A stretch of DNA of 64,000 bases from Chlamydiota bacterium (lineage in GTDB: Bacteria > Chlamydiota > Chlamydiia > Chlamydiales > SM23-39). The stretch is taken from the NCBI GenBank assembly GCA_027366035.1, contig DAHXLK010000052.1, positions 1,949 through 65,948 of the forward strand, read 5' to 3'. This document shows, one piece after another, positions 38,252 to 49,316 of this stretch; within the stretch, counting starts at the first letter, position 1, and each line of letters begins with the position of its first letter. The position numbers and the translations under genes were made by a program. Under the pieces are notes generated by a model, which did no database searches, was not told the DNA's origin, and saw nothing but the letters and a program-made list of their open reading frames with translations.

Positions 38252-38989
38252 ATGAAATTTTTCCTGTTTTTTTTATTTCCTTTTCTATTGCTAGGAGATC
38301 TTCATAGCGAGATGGCCTTTGTAGAAGATAGATATCAAGAGGCGCTACGACATGGCAGTAACGACGAATTTTATGATTTCTACGAGTATATGACAGCCTT
38401 TGTTGGCCACCCGATTGCTATCTGGCAAGTAGGAAATCTTGTAAATGATATCCTTGCCGTCTTTGATGGTTACTGGGAAGAATTAAGAAATATTGTGATA
38501 AAAGAGAGGATTGATTATTTACAAGCAACTCTAGTTAAGAGTATTAGCGCGTATGATCGCAAGAAAATGGCTAACTGTATCCTCATTTCTCTTTTTGGTA
38601 TGGGGGAATTTTCCGATGAGGTCAGCCGCAAAAAGATCCGAGACCAAGTAGTAGAAACTTCGGTGAAAAAAAAGATCGTAGAATCCTTTTGGGAATTGGA
38701 CAAAGAACGCCTCTTACGCAAACTAGAAGAGGAAAAGCTGAAGAAGTTACTCCAAATCTTTTGTGAGGCTTCCGATCCTTACTTAAGAGAAATTGTCGTA
38801 CGAGAGTTCCAAGGGTGTGCTACAGTAGGGGAGTATCTACAGCGGTATGATATGGCTGAGCTTTTAAAGCTCCATGATTATGTGTTTCACGAAGAACCCC
38901 TTTCCGATGCTGTCAAAAACTTCTACTTTCGCTTTGCAAAAAAAGTTGAAGAATTGAAAGCCGAATATGGATATTATCTAGATTTATGA
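38252..38989 (+). CDS. secreted hypothetical protein, distant paralog of 37029..37778
   Basis: MKFFLFFLFPFLLLGDLHSE signal-like N-terminus. It is similar in length to its neighbour, with colinear patches (see findings). Confidence 0.6.
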   Translation: MKFFLFFLFPFLLLGDLHSEMAFVEDRYQEALRHGSNDEFYDFYEYMTAFVGHPIAIWQVGNLVNDILAVFDGYWEELRNIVIKERIDYLQATLVKSISAYDRKKMANCILISLFGMGEFSDEVSRKKIRDQVVETSVKKKIVESFWELDKERLLRKLEEEKLKKLLQIFCEASDPYLREIVVREFQGCATVGEYLQRYDMAELLKLHDYVFHEEPLSDAVKNFYFRFAKKVEELKAEYGYYLDL

Positions 38990-39114
38990 TAATAAATATT
39001 TCACCGTTCGCTGCTTTGATTGCAGGTATTTTAGTCCTTATTTTTCCTAAGTTTCTCAATATTGTTGTAGCCATCTACCTTATTCTCATAGGAATACTTG
39101 GGTTTATCCATTGA
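38986..39114 (+). CDS. small membrane protein, DUF3096-like (42 aa; absent from the ORF track)
   Basis: Manual translation gives MIINISPFAALIAGILVLIFPKFLNIVVAIYLILIGILGFIH. ATGA overlap with the upstream stop, and its TGA overlaps the TTG of the next ORF. Confidence 0.55.
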   Translation: MIINISPFAALIAGILVLIFPKFLNIVVAIYLILIGILGFIH

Positions 39115-40568
39115 GACAGCCTAAAGCCCTTTACATCCTTTTCTTTACCGAGCTTTGGGAGAGATTTGGGTTTTATACCCTGCAGACGATCTTAATTCTT
39201 TACATGAGCAAAGCTCTCCTCTATTCGGATAAAAATGCTTATTTACTCTATGGGACGTTTAGTTCGATGCTTTATTTATTTCCTGTCGTTGGTGGGTATG
39301 TGGCCGATCGCTACATTGGGTACCGGCGTGCTATTATCTTGGGAGCTATCTTATTTATTATTGGTTATGTGACGATAGCGGTTCCGAAAATCGTTTTTTT
39401 CTACCTTGGCCTCGGAATCATCGTATTGGGTAATAGTTTTTTTAAGCCCAATGTTTCCAGTATCGTAGGAGAACTTTATCATCAAGAGGATCCGAGGAGA
39501 GAAGGGGGATTCACCATCTTTTATATGGGGATCAATTTAGGAGCCCTTTTTCCCCCCTTATTTGCGGGAGCCGTAGTCTCTTACTGGGGATGGCAATGGG
39601 GGTTTTTAATAGCAGCTATGGGCCTCTTAATTGGTCTTACCACTTTTTTGTCAGGAAGAAAGTTTTTAGGTGGCTCTGGTAGCCTCCCTGAAAGGAGTCG
39701 TTTAAGAAAAAATGGGAAAAGTTTCTACCTCCTCCTTATCCTAGGCGTCCTTGCAGGTATTGCCATTATCCCTTGGATTTTTTTATTTCCCCAAGAGGCC
39801 AACTATCTTTTAATAGTGGTTACTATTTGTATTATAGCGACAGTGTTTTACTTCCTTTCTAAAGAACATAAGGTTCAGAGGAATAAAATGATTGCTTGTC
39901 TAATCTTGATCGTGATCTCTATGGGATTTTGGTCTATCTATGTCCAGACATTTACTTCTCTCATGCTCTTTGCGGATAGGAATATGATCAAACATTTTTT
40001 AGGATTTACTATCGATGCTGAGTTCACCCAGTTTTTTAATCCTTTCTTTATCATTGCCTTAAGCCCTGTTCTCAGTAAATTTTGGCTTTTTTTAGAATCG
40101 AAGAAACAAAATCCGACCATTCCTCTTAAATTTTCCTATGGAATTTCCATGATGGCAATTGGTTATTTTCTTTTGGCCATTTGTTCTAAATATTTTTCTC
40201 ATGATGGGATGGCGAGTCCTTGGTGGTTGGTAATGAGCTATTTTTTACAAACGATTGGTGAGCTGTTCATTTCTCCAATAGGTCTTGCCATGATCACCCG
40301 TCTTGTCCCCAAGCACATGATGGGGCTTATGATGGGAGTATGGTTTTTAACCCTTTCTGCCTCCTTTGCTATTGGGGGGAAGCTGGCTACATTAGCCTCT
40401 ATCCCTAAGCATGCCTCTCTTGTAGAGGCGGTGGCTATTTATTCTCATGCTTTTTTAGTGTTTTCCCTTTTTTCTGCAGCCCTTGCGGTAGTTAGCTATT
40501 GTCTTGTCCCTTTTCTCAATAAACTTATACGAGGGGATTTGCCGGAATCGACAATTAAAGGCCCTTAA
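39111..40568 (+). CDS. proton-dependent oligopeptide transporter (POT/PTR2 family)
   Basis: LYILFFTELWERFGFYTLQTILILYM and GGYVADRYIGYRRAI POT signatures, with about 12 hydrophobic segments. TTG start as tracked. Confidence 0.85.
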   Translation: MRQPKALYILFFTELWERFGFYTLQTILILYMSKALLYSDKNAYLLYGTFSSMLYLFPVVGGYVADRYIGYRRAIILGAILFIIGYVTIAVPKIVFFYLGLGIIVLGNSFFKPNVSSIVGELYHQEDPRREGGFTIFYMGINLGALFPPLFAGAVVSYWGWQWGFLIAAMGLLIGLTTFLSGRKFLGGSGSLPERSRLRKNGKSFYLLLILGVLAGIAIIPWIFLFPQEANYLLIVVTICIIATVFYFLSKEHKVQRNKMIACLILIVISMGFWSIYVQTFTSLMLFADRNMIKHFLGFTIDAEFTQFFNPFFIIALSPVLSKFWLFLESKKQNPTIPLKFSYGISMMAIGYFLLAICSKYFSHDGMASPWWLVMSYFLQTIGELFISPIGLAMITRLVPKHMMGLMMGVWFLTLSASFAIGGKLATLASIPKHASLVEAVAIYSHAFLVFSLFSAALAVVSYCLVPFLNKLIRGDLPESTIKGP

Positions 40569-40691
40569 ATTCGATTTCACTTTTCGAATATCTATCTGAT
40601 CCGGCATGCTATTCATAATCTGTAGAGGTGTTTTATGTTAAAATTTCTTATGGCAATTTTATGCGGATATTTTCCTTTACAAGGTGAGGTT

Positions 40692-41195
40692 ATGAAAAAA
40701 ACAATTGTTGTTATCGAAACTACAGAAGGCAATATCGAAGTTGCCCTATGGCCGGAAGTGGCTCCAAAAGCATGTGAAAACTTTATCCGGTTAGCGGGAA
40801 AAGGTTATTATAACGGGACGATCTTCCATCGTGTGATCAAAGGCTTTATGATCCAAGGAGGCGATCCTACAGGTACCGGCGCAGGGGGGGCTTCCATATG
40901 GGGGACTCCTTTTGATGATGAAATAAAAACAAATATAAAATTTGATAAAGGGGGCTTCCTCGCTATGGCTAATCGTGGCCCTAAGACAAATGGAAGTCAG
41001 TTTTTTATCACTACAGTCCCCACCCCTTGGCTCAATCAAAAACATACCATTTTTGGTGAAGTAATCTCAGGGATGGATGTGGTCAAAAAGATCGAAGCAA
41101 AAGAAACAGGCCGTGGAGATCTCCCCTTGGAGCAACAAAAAATCGTGAAAATTTATCCTAAAAAGGAAGCAAACTCTTCACCCTGCCGGGGATAG
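40692..41195 (+). CDS. peptidyl-prolyl cis-trans isomerase, cyclophilin type
   Basis: FHRVIKGFMIQGGDP..GTGAGGASIWG..MANRGPKTNGSQFFIT. The ATG at 40692 follows aggtgagg. The tracked 40635 start would add a hydrophobic leader. Confidence 0.85.
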   Translation: MKKTIVVIETTEGNIEVALWPEVAPKACENFIRLAGKGYYNGTIFHRVIKGFMIQGGDPTGTGAGGASIWGTPFDDEIKTNIKFDKGGFLAMANRGPKTNGSQFFITTVPTPWLNQKHTIFGEVISGMDVVKKIEAKETGRGDLPLEQQKIVKIYPKKEANSSPCRG

Positions 41196-41805
41196 ATTTG
41201 ATTAGGCTCGGAAGGCTATATTCTCTAAGTATAGATTTTATTATCTCGTTAAATATTGCCTTTTCGATCTGATCGACCGGTATCCCGGATTCATCAGAGA
41301 TATCATAGAAAACCATCTGTTGTAAGGTAGGATAGGTCTTAGTATTGCCGCTACTTTGTGTAATACTAACCGTAAGATTATTGATTACTACCCTTTTAAT
41401 CAGGTATCTGTGACTCGACTTCTTTTTTTTAGAACTTTTTACAAGGATCGTCCAGTTGCTGGAAGATTGCCCGTTGTCGTAATATTCAATGTTTACATTG
41501 ACGTTTGAAAGCTGAAGATCTTCGATAATAAGGGGATTAGAAAAAAGCCTTGTTAAGGAACTATGGATATCGATTTTTTCACTTTGAAAGGCTGTAGAGC
41601 TAACGGATCCTGATGGGTTTGCGATGGTAAGATTTCGTATAAAGATATGCCCCTTTTCATAGTCGAGTGTCGAAAGAGTTACGGGTACTTTTAAGTCTTT
41701 AGAGAGATAATAGGAAAGGAGGCTCATCCGGCTTGTCCAGACGAAAAACATAAGGACAACTACAGAAAATATAATTATAAGTAGTACTATGAAAAACTTT
41801 TTCAA
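41158..41805 (-). CDS. membrane-anchored hypothetical protein
   Basis: N-terminal TM FIVLLIIIFSVVVLMFFVW. Its TTG start lies in the T-tract of the groEL terminator. Its 3' end overlaps the convergent cyclophilin ORF by 38 nt. Confidence 0.5.
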   Translation of the reverse strand: MKKFFIVLLIIIFSVVVLMFFVWTSRMSLLSYYLSKDLKVPVTLSTLDYEKGHIFIRNLTIANPSGSVSSTAFQSEKIDIHSSLTRLFSNPLIIEDLQLSNVNVNIEYYDNGQSSSNWTILVKSSKKKKSSHRYLIKRVVINNLTVSITQSSGNTKTYPTLQQMVFYDISDESGIPVDQIEKAIFNEIIKSILREYSLPSLIKSIPGRVKSLLPF

Positions 41806-41838
41806 AGAAAAAACCCCATCTTTTCCGGATGGGGTTTT
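41804..41838 (-). terminator. intrinsic terminator downstream of groEL
   Basis: On the minus strand the sequence is aaaaccccatc-cggaaaa-gatggggtttt followed by a T-run, 11 nt after the groEL stop. Confidence 0.55.
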
Positions 41839-41848
41839 CTATATCAGA

Positions 41849-43486
<1,638 letters not shown>

Positions 43487-43501
43487 CTAAATTTTTTAAA
43501 G

Positions 43502-43819
43502 TTATTTCTCTATAATCGCGATGATATCATCGGCTTTGACCAGGATGTATTCTTCATCATCGATCGTCACTTCCTGACCAGAATATTTGTCCATAAGGAT
43601 TGTATCGCCAACATGTACCGGGACAGCGATGACTTTGCCGTCATCTAATTTTTTTCCGGGACCTACTGCTAATACAGTGGCGGTTTCCTGCTTTTTCTTC
43701 GCAGAATCGGGAATGATAATTCCCCCTTTTAATGTTTCATCTTGTTCCAGCCTTTTAGCAAGCACACGGTTGCCTAGGGGCTTTAGTGTAATCTTTTTTT
43801 CTGTTGTTTGTTGTGCCAT
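43502..43819 (-). CDS. groS: co-chaperonin GroES
   Basis: ITLKPLGNRVLAKRLEQDETLKGGIIIPDSAKKK..; 105 aa, immediately upstream of groEL. Confidence 0.95.
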   Translation of the reverse strand: MAQQTTEKKITLKPLGNRVLAKRLEQDETLKGGIIIPDSAKKKQETATVLAVGPGKKLDDGKVIAVPVHVGDTILMDKYSGQEVTIDDEEYILVKADDIIAIIEK

Positions 43820-43885
43820 ATTGATAATACCTCCGAAAAATCTAGACCATCATCTTAAAAGAACTAGAGGATTTTTTGCAAGAAT

Positions 43886-43924
43886 TTAGCAACGAATTCA
43901 GCAACGATAGCTAAAGGGTGCTAA
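43886..43924 (-). promoter_or_regulatory. candidate degenerate CIRCE-like (HrcA operator) element upstream of groES
   Basis: The minus strand reads TTAGCACCC-tttagctat-cgtTGCTgA-attcgtTGCTAA. The left half matches TTAGCACTC at 8 of 9 positions. The right half is weak and appears duplicated. Confidence 0.3.
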
Positions 43925-43925
43925 T

Positions 43926-44090
43926 GGGGCTGTTTCGATCTCCCATTCGGGTTAAAATCTGAGACTTGCAAAGCCGGTTTGATTTTTTTTGAAAATGACA
44001 TATCCTGCTAAGGTATAAGCACTTTTAAAAAGATCAAATTCGGAGAAGCAAGGATAAAATTTTAACCAAATGAGAGATCGAAACAGCCCC
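43926..44090. repeat. full copy of the palindromic element (hybrid A/B arm - core - A-prime arm)
   Basis: ggggctgtttcgatctcccattcgggttaaaatctgagacttgcaaagccggtttgat...gagatcgaaacagcccc, in the groES/pepF divergent intergenic region. Confidence 0.9.
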
Positions 44091-44236
44091 TTTTAGCAAT
44101 TTTTTGCAGAAGTTGAATGGAAGAAAATTCTATGAAATGTAAAAATTGCGTTAGTGCAAAAAGATCAAGAAATTATTGAGTAGGATCTTATTCAGAATTT
44201 TCTTAACAAACAACATGTGTTACCATACAGCCTTTT

Positions 44237-46027
44237 ATGATTCCTGACCGAGCGGATATTCCAAAAGTACATAGGTGGAATGTAGAGGCAATGTACTCTA
44301 CTACGGAAGAGTGGTATGAAAATTTTGAAAAATATAAGAGCTCTTTGAAACTTTCCCGGCTTTTAAGTTATAAAGGGAAACTGTCTGACCCCGTGTCGTT
44401 AGAAAAGGCCCTTTTCCACTATTTTGATATCGATGAGGAGCTTACAAAGCTCTATACCTATGCCCATCTAAAACACGATGAGGATACAGGTGAGGAAGAG
44501 CATAAAAAAAATTGGATGCAAGCAATCTCTTCGGTTACCCAATTTCAAACCGATATTTCTTGGCTGATGCCGGAGATACTGAATATCTCTGATAATAGTT
44601 TTAACCGACTTTTAACTACGGATAGCTTAAAGCTTTACCACTTTTACCTTCAGCAAATTCATCGGATGAAAGAGCATACTCTTTCGGAGAGGGAAGAAAA
44701 GCTCCTCGCTTTAAGCGCTAAGCCATTAGAGGCTGCCTCCAGGGCCTTTCGTGCTTTTAACAATGCCGATATGAAATTTGAAGACATCTTAGATGGCCAA
44801 GGAAATTCCCACCCTTTAAGCCACGGTCTTTTTCAGATCTATATGAAAAGTAAAGACAGGGTCCTCCGAAAAAATGCATTTCAAGGACTAAGTGGCGCCT
44901 ATCTTGCTCATGAAAATACCCTTGCCGAATTACTTTCCGGACAAGTAGAGGCCCATATATATGCTGCGAAGGCAAGAAACTATGCCAATGCTCTTGAGGC
45001 GGCACTCTACCCTTATAATATAGATCCAAAAATTTATCGTAACTTGATCGACACGGTCCATAAATTTCTCCCGATTATGCATCGTTATATCGCTTTGAGA
45101 AAAAAATGCCTCCGACTCGATGCAATTTATCCTTACGATACGTCGGTATCTCTAGTAGAAGACATAGACTTTCACAAAGAATATAAGGAAGCCTTGCAGT
45201 TAGTGCTAGAGTCAGCAGCCCCTTTGGGGGAGAACTATCAAGCCATTATGCAAAAAGGGGTCACCAAAGAAGGGTGGGTCGATATCTATGAAAATCGAAG
45301 GAAGCGATCCGGCGCCTATTCCAGCGGGTGCTATGGGAGCATGCCCTATATTCTACTCAACTATCATGGTTCGATTAGAGATGTGTTTACTTTAGCGCAT
45401 GAGCTAGGGCATAGCATGCATACTTATTTAAGCCACAAACATCAGCCTTATCTATACTCCGCGTATCCAATATTTGTAGCTGAAGTGGCCTCCACCTTTA
45501 ATGAACAACTTCTTTTAACCACTTTTTTAAACAACGCGCAAGATAAAAAAATGAGAGGGTATTTGATAGATTATGCGATCGACACTATTCGTGGAACACT
45601 CTTTCGGCAAACCCTTTTTGCTGAATTTGAGCTGAAACTCCATGAGTGGGTCGAGGCAGGGGTCTCTTTGACCCCACAATTTCTAAAAGAAGAGTATGGC
45701 AAGTTATATTCTCTCTATTATGGTCCCGATTTTATTATCGATGATACCCTTTGTATTGAATGGGCGAAGATCCCCCATTTTTATTATAATTTTTATGTCT
45801 ATCAGTATGCGACGGGGATATCGGCTGCTTTAGCCCTAGCGGAAGAAGTGCAAAAAGGAGAGGAAAATCGAGATAAATATCTCCAATTCCTCTCTTCCGG
45901 AGGCTCTAACTACCCTTTAGAACTTCTCCGAATAGCCGGAGTCGATATGGCGACAAAGAAACCTATCGAATCGGCCCTTACACATTTTGAAAATCTCGTC
46001 AATGAACTAGAAACTTTACTTGAATAA
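44237..46027 (+). CDS. pepF: oligoendopeptidase F (M3B metallopeptidase)
   Basis: HELGHSMH zinc motif and RADIPKVHRWNVEAMY N-terminus. 596 aa. Confidence 0.9.
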   Translation: MIPDRADIPKVHRWNVEAMYSTTEEWYENFEKYKSSLKLSRLLSYKGKLSDPVSLEKALFHYFDIDEELTKLYTYAHLKHDEDTGEEEHKKNWMQAISSVTQFQTDISWLMPEILNISDNSFNRLLTTDSLKLYHFYLQQIHRMKEHTLSEREEKLLALSAKPLEAASRAFRAFNNADMKFEDILDGQGNSHPLSHGLFQIYMKSKDRVLRKNAFQGLSGAYLAHENTLAELLSGQVEAHIYAAKARNYANALEAALYPYNIDPKIYRNLIDTVHKFLPIMHRYIALRKKCLRLDAIYPYDTSVSLVEDIDFHKEYKEALQLVLESAAPLGENYQAIMQKGVTKEGWVDIYENRRKRSGAYSSGCYGSMPYILLNYHGSIRDVFTLAHELGHSMHTYLSHKHQPYLYSAYPIFVAEVASTFNEQLLLTTFLNNAQDKKMRGYLIDYAIDTIRGTLFRQTLFAEFELKLHEWVEAGVSLTPQFLKEEYGKLYSLYYGPDFIIDDTLCIEWAKIPHFYYNFYVYQYATGISAALALAEEVQKGEENRDKYLQFLSSGGSNYPLELLRIAGVDMATKKPIESALTHFENLVNELETLLE

Positions 46028-46058
46028 AACAGCCTCTTTGGGTATGTAATTGCTATAT

Positions 46059-46340
46059 ATGCCGGAGAAGAAAAGCAGTGGAACCTTCATTGTTAAAAAT
46101 GATAAAGGGCTCCATACTAGACCTTCTACCGAACTCGTCAAATGCGCAGCTAACTTTAGCTCCAGGGTCAGCCTCTCTTATAGAAATTATACGGTGAATG
46201 CCAAATCTCTTTTGGGGATATTGATGCTCGCCGCAGAAAGGGGTTCTAAAATTATCGTGGAAGCTTCAGGAAAAGACGCAAAAGAGGCGATCGAATCTAT
46301 ACTCACACTCGCCAAGAACAAGTTCAATATTACTTATTAG
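46059..46340 (+). CDS. ptsH: phosphocarrier protein HPr
   Basis: GLHTRPS active-site His region and AKSLLGILML (Ser46 region). Confidence 0.85.
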   Translation: MPEKKSSGTFIVKNDKGLHTRPSTELVKCAANFSSRVSLSYRNYTVNAKSLLGILMLAAERGSKIIVEASGKDAKEAIESILTLAKNKFNITY

Positions 46341-46414
46341 ATTTCTTTCGAAATCTCCATTTGCTCGCTAAAATTGTCCTTTTTGACAGCTTTACAGCAA
46401 AATTTTTCAACCAT

Positions 46415-46580
46415 GGAACTGTTTCGATCTTCGCTTTGTCATTAAAATTTGAACCTTGCAAAGCCGGTTTGATTTTTTTTGAAAGTGACATATACTACTA
46501 AGGTATAAGCGCTTTTAAAAAGCTCAAATCCGAGGAAGCAAGGGTAAAATTTTAACCAACCGGGAGATCGAAACAGTCCC
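46415..46580. repeat. full copy of the palindromic element (B arm - core - A-prime arm)
   Basis: ggaactgtttcgatcttcgc...ccgggagatcgaaacagtccc. It ends 1 nt before the stop codon of the convergent rpiA. Confidence 0.9.
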
Positions 46581-46581
46581 T

Positions 46582-47253
46582 CTATTGAATCTCAACTTTG
46601 CCATTTTTATAGCCGACAAGGAGACGTCCGGCCAGATGAAAGAAAAAGCCGGTGTCGACCACTCCCGGAATCTTCAAGATTTTTTCTTCTTCATCTTCAG
46701 GACGATTTAAAGGATGAGGAAAGGTAATATCGAAAAGAAAATTGCCGTTATCTGTTTGGTAGTAAGCCCCATCTTTAGCTAGTCGCCATTTGCCTAGGTA
46801 ACCTTTTTTTTTTAGCTTTTTTTCAGTAAAGAGGTGGCCGAAGGGGAGGACTTCTATCGGAAGCTTGCCCTTGCCTAGTTTCTCTACCAGTTTTGTCTCA
46901 TCAACGATGATTATCAGCTCTTTACTTGCCGAAGCTAAGATTTTTTCTCGAACATGGGCTCCTCCTCTTCCTTTAATCATCCGTTTTTTAGGGTCGATTT
47001 CATCAGCGCCATCGACAGTAATATCGACGTAGGAGACTTTATCTAGGTCGGTAACAGGAATACCCCCTTCTTTTGCTAGTTGCAAAGATCTATGAGAGCT
47101 ACCCACTGCTTGAATGGTAAGCCCTTTTCTACATCGTTGGATGAGGCTCCGGATGAAACAGGTAGCAGTCGTACCGCTACCCAACCCCACGATCATACCA
47201 TCTTGTATTAACTCGGCAGCGGCAAAGGCAACAGCTTCTTTTGTTTTTTTCAT
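46582..47253 (-). CDS. rpiA: ribose-5-phosphate isomerase A
   Basis: VGLGSGTTA, VDGADEID and KGRGGAH motifs. Confidence 0.9.
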   Translation of the reverse strand: MKKTKEAVAFAAAELIQDGMIVGLGSGTTATCFIRSLIQRCRKGLTIQAVGSSHRSLQLAKEGGIPVTDLDKVSYVDITVDGADEIDPKKRMIKGRGGAHVREKILASASKELIIIVDETKLVEKLGKGKLPIEVLPFGHLFTEKKLKKKGYLGKWRLAKDGAYYQTDNGNFLFDITFPHPLNRPEDEEEKILKIPGVVDTGFFFHLAGRLLVGYKNGKVEIQ

Positions 47254-47307
47254 ATTGAATTTTTAAGATGCCATTTTTACAATCAATTATCAACCTAATA
47301 GGTTTTC

Positions 47308-47595
47308 ATGGAAGATAGGAAGCATGCGAGAGAGAGCCTGCAGACGAAAAAGGCAAGGGAAAAGCTAAAAAAACAGCTGGAGGATATCGAAAAGAAGATT
47401 ACCCCTGAAGCATTAAAAGAAAAAAGCCAAGAAATTCACCGCTGGATCGCTAGACACGCCCACACAAGGGTGACGTTAAAAAGCAAAAATATTTATCTAT
47501 TCGATGAAAATCAAAATGCAGCTACCATATCCAAGCGGGTATCTATGATAGCTCAAAATCTCAAAGACGATTTTTTTTCGCATAACAAAAAATGA
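47308..47595 (+). CDS. small basic hypothetical protein
   Basis: A 95-aa Lys/Glu-rich ORF with an ATGA overlap with tyrS. Confidence 0.45.
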   Translation: MEDRKHARESLQTKKAREKLKKQLEDIEKKITPEALKEKSQEIHRWIARHAHTRVTLKSKNIYLFDENQNAATISKRVSMIAQNLKDDFFSHNKK

Positions 47596-48857
47596 ATATT
47601 ATTAAGGATTTAACTGCCAGAGGCTTTATCGATCAGGTTAGCAGTCCGGATCTAGAAAAGCTCGTAACTAAGCCCATCAAAGCCTATATCGGTTTTGACC
47701 CTACCGCCGATAGTCTACATGTAGGAAACTTAGTTGGGATCATGGCCCTTGTTTGGATGCAGAAATACGGGCATACCCCTTATGTGATTCTAGGAGGAGG
47801 AACAGGGAGAATTGGCGACCCCTCAGGGAAAAGTCGGGAAAGGCCCCTATTAGATGAAAAGCTTTTGCAAGCGAATGTTTTGGCTTTAGAAAAATTCTTT
47901 AAAGGGATTTTTCCAAAAACAGATAAAACCGTTCCGGTTATTTTGAATAACGATAGCTGGCTGCAAAGGATGAGTTTTATCCATTTTTTAAGGGATGTAG
48001 GAAAAGAATTTCGCTTAGGGGTGATGCTTGCAAAAGAAAGTGTCAAAGCTCGACTCGAGTCGGAAGAGGGGATGAGTTTTACCGAATTTTGCTACCAAAT
48101 TTTGCAGGCCTATGACTTTGCCTACCTTGCAGACAAAGAGGGGGTCGTTTTGCAGATGGGGGGATCGGACCAGTGGGGCAATATTATCGCAGGGATTGAG
48201 TTTGCTAGGAAGAAGATGGGAAAGGCGCTTTATGGTGCTACCTTTCCCCTCCTTACTCGAAGCGATGGAAAAAAGTTTGGAAAAAGTGAAGAGGGGGCTA
48301 TTTGGTTATCTAAGGAAAAACTTTCTCCTTATGACTTCTACCAGTATTTTGTCCGCCTGCCGGATGGAGATGTGATTAAAATGATGCGGATGCTCACTTT
48401 TATGAGTCTAGAAGAGATTGCCCATTATGAAAAAAAGATGGGAGAAAACCCCAATTTTGCCCAAAAAAAGTTGGCCGAAGAGGTGACGCGATTTGTCCAT
48501 GAAAAAGGTGGCCTACAAATGGCATTAAAGGTAACCCAAGGGGCAGCTCCCGGAGCAAAGGGAGTTTTGACGAGTAGGGTATTGGAGGAAATGGCGGAAG
48601 GGATGCCATCTTTTTCCTGCAAAAAAAGTGAGGTTATCGATGTGAAATTTGTTGAAATCTCCTATAAATCGGGCCTTGTTCCCAGCAAATCAGAAGCAGT
48701 GAGGTTGATAAAAAATGGAGGAGCTTATTTGAATAACGAAAAGATAGAAGATCCCTTATTTCGTTTAGAAGAAAGGCATTTAATTGATGGGAAATATGCG
48801 GTGATCAGCGCCGGGAAAAAGAAGAAAATCTTGTTGAATATCAAAAACGACTTGTAG
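47592..48857 (+). CDS. tyrS: tyrosine--tRNA ligase
   Basis: GFDPTADSLHVGNL (HIGH-type), KFGKS (KMSKS-type) and a C-terminal S4-like domain. Confidence 0.92.
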   Translation: MNIIKDLTARGFIDQVSSPDLEKLVTKPIKAYIGFDPTADSLHVGNLVGIMALVWMQKYGHTPYVILGGGTGRIGDPSGKSRERPLLDEKLLQANVLALEKFFKGIFPKTDKTVPVILNNDSWLQRMSFIHFLRDVGKEFRLGVMLAKESVKARLESEEGMSFTEFCYQILQAYDFAYLADKEGVVLQMGGSDQWGNIIAGIEFARKKMGKALYGATFPLLTRSDGKKFGKSEEGAIWLSKEKLSPYDFYQYFVRLPDGDVIKMMRMLTFMSLEEIAHYEKKMGENPNFAQKKLAEEVTRFVHEKGGLQMALKVTQGAAPGAKGVLTSRVLEEMAEGMPSFSCKKSEVIDVKFVEISYKSGLVPSKSEAVRLIKNGGAYLNNEKIEDPLFRLEERHLIDGKYAVISAGKKKKILLNIKNDL

Positions 48858-48908
48858 GAAAATAACTTCTCTAAGAGAATGGGTTAAGTATTCATGAAGG
48901 AGCGCCGC

Positions 48909-49199
48909 ATGTCAACTATTACAAAAAAAAGGTTAATCCAACTGATTTCTCAAAACAGAGGATTACACCCAAACGATGTTCGCAATGTTATTCAAGCTTT
49001 TTTGGATGCGATGACCGATTCTCTTTCAACTGGAGATCGTCTCGAGTTTCGAGATTTTGGTGTGTTTGAAGTAGTTGAAAGAAAACAAAAGATCGGAAGA
49101 AATCCTAAAAATGCAGGGATTCCTATCGTCATTCCGGCGAGAAAAGCCGTCAAATTTACTCCTGGAAAAAAGATGAGAAAACTGATCGATACCAAATAG
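48909..49199 (+). CDS. HU/IHF-family DNA-binding protein
   Basis: FRDFGVFEVVERKQKIGRNPKNAGIPIVIPARKAVKFTPGKKM arm region. Start chosen at MSTITKK. Confidence 0.85.
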   Translation: MSTITKKRLIQLISQNRGLHPNDVRNVIQAFLDAMTDSLSTGDRLEFRDFGVFEVVERKQKIGRNPKNAGIPIVIPARKAVKFTPGKKMRKLIDTK

Positions 49200-49316
49200 A
49201 GAGCTAAAAAATTTTTTTGGCATTAAAATAGAAGTACAATAGCTCTCTCATCCCTCCATAATAGTAAAATTTTGGTTATGTTGCCGGAAATTACAGTTTG
49301 AAAGATAATTGTAGGT

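Noticed and set aside
40568-40634. Weak hairpin attcga-N8-tcgaat after the POT transporter gene, considered as a terminator
   Set aside because: The stem is only 6 bp and AT-rich, with no following T-tract.
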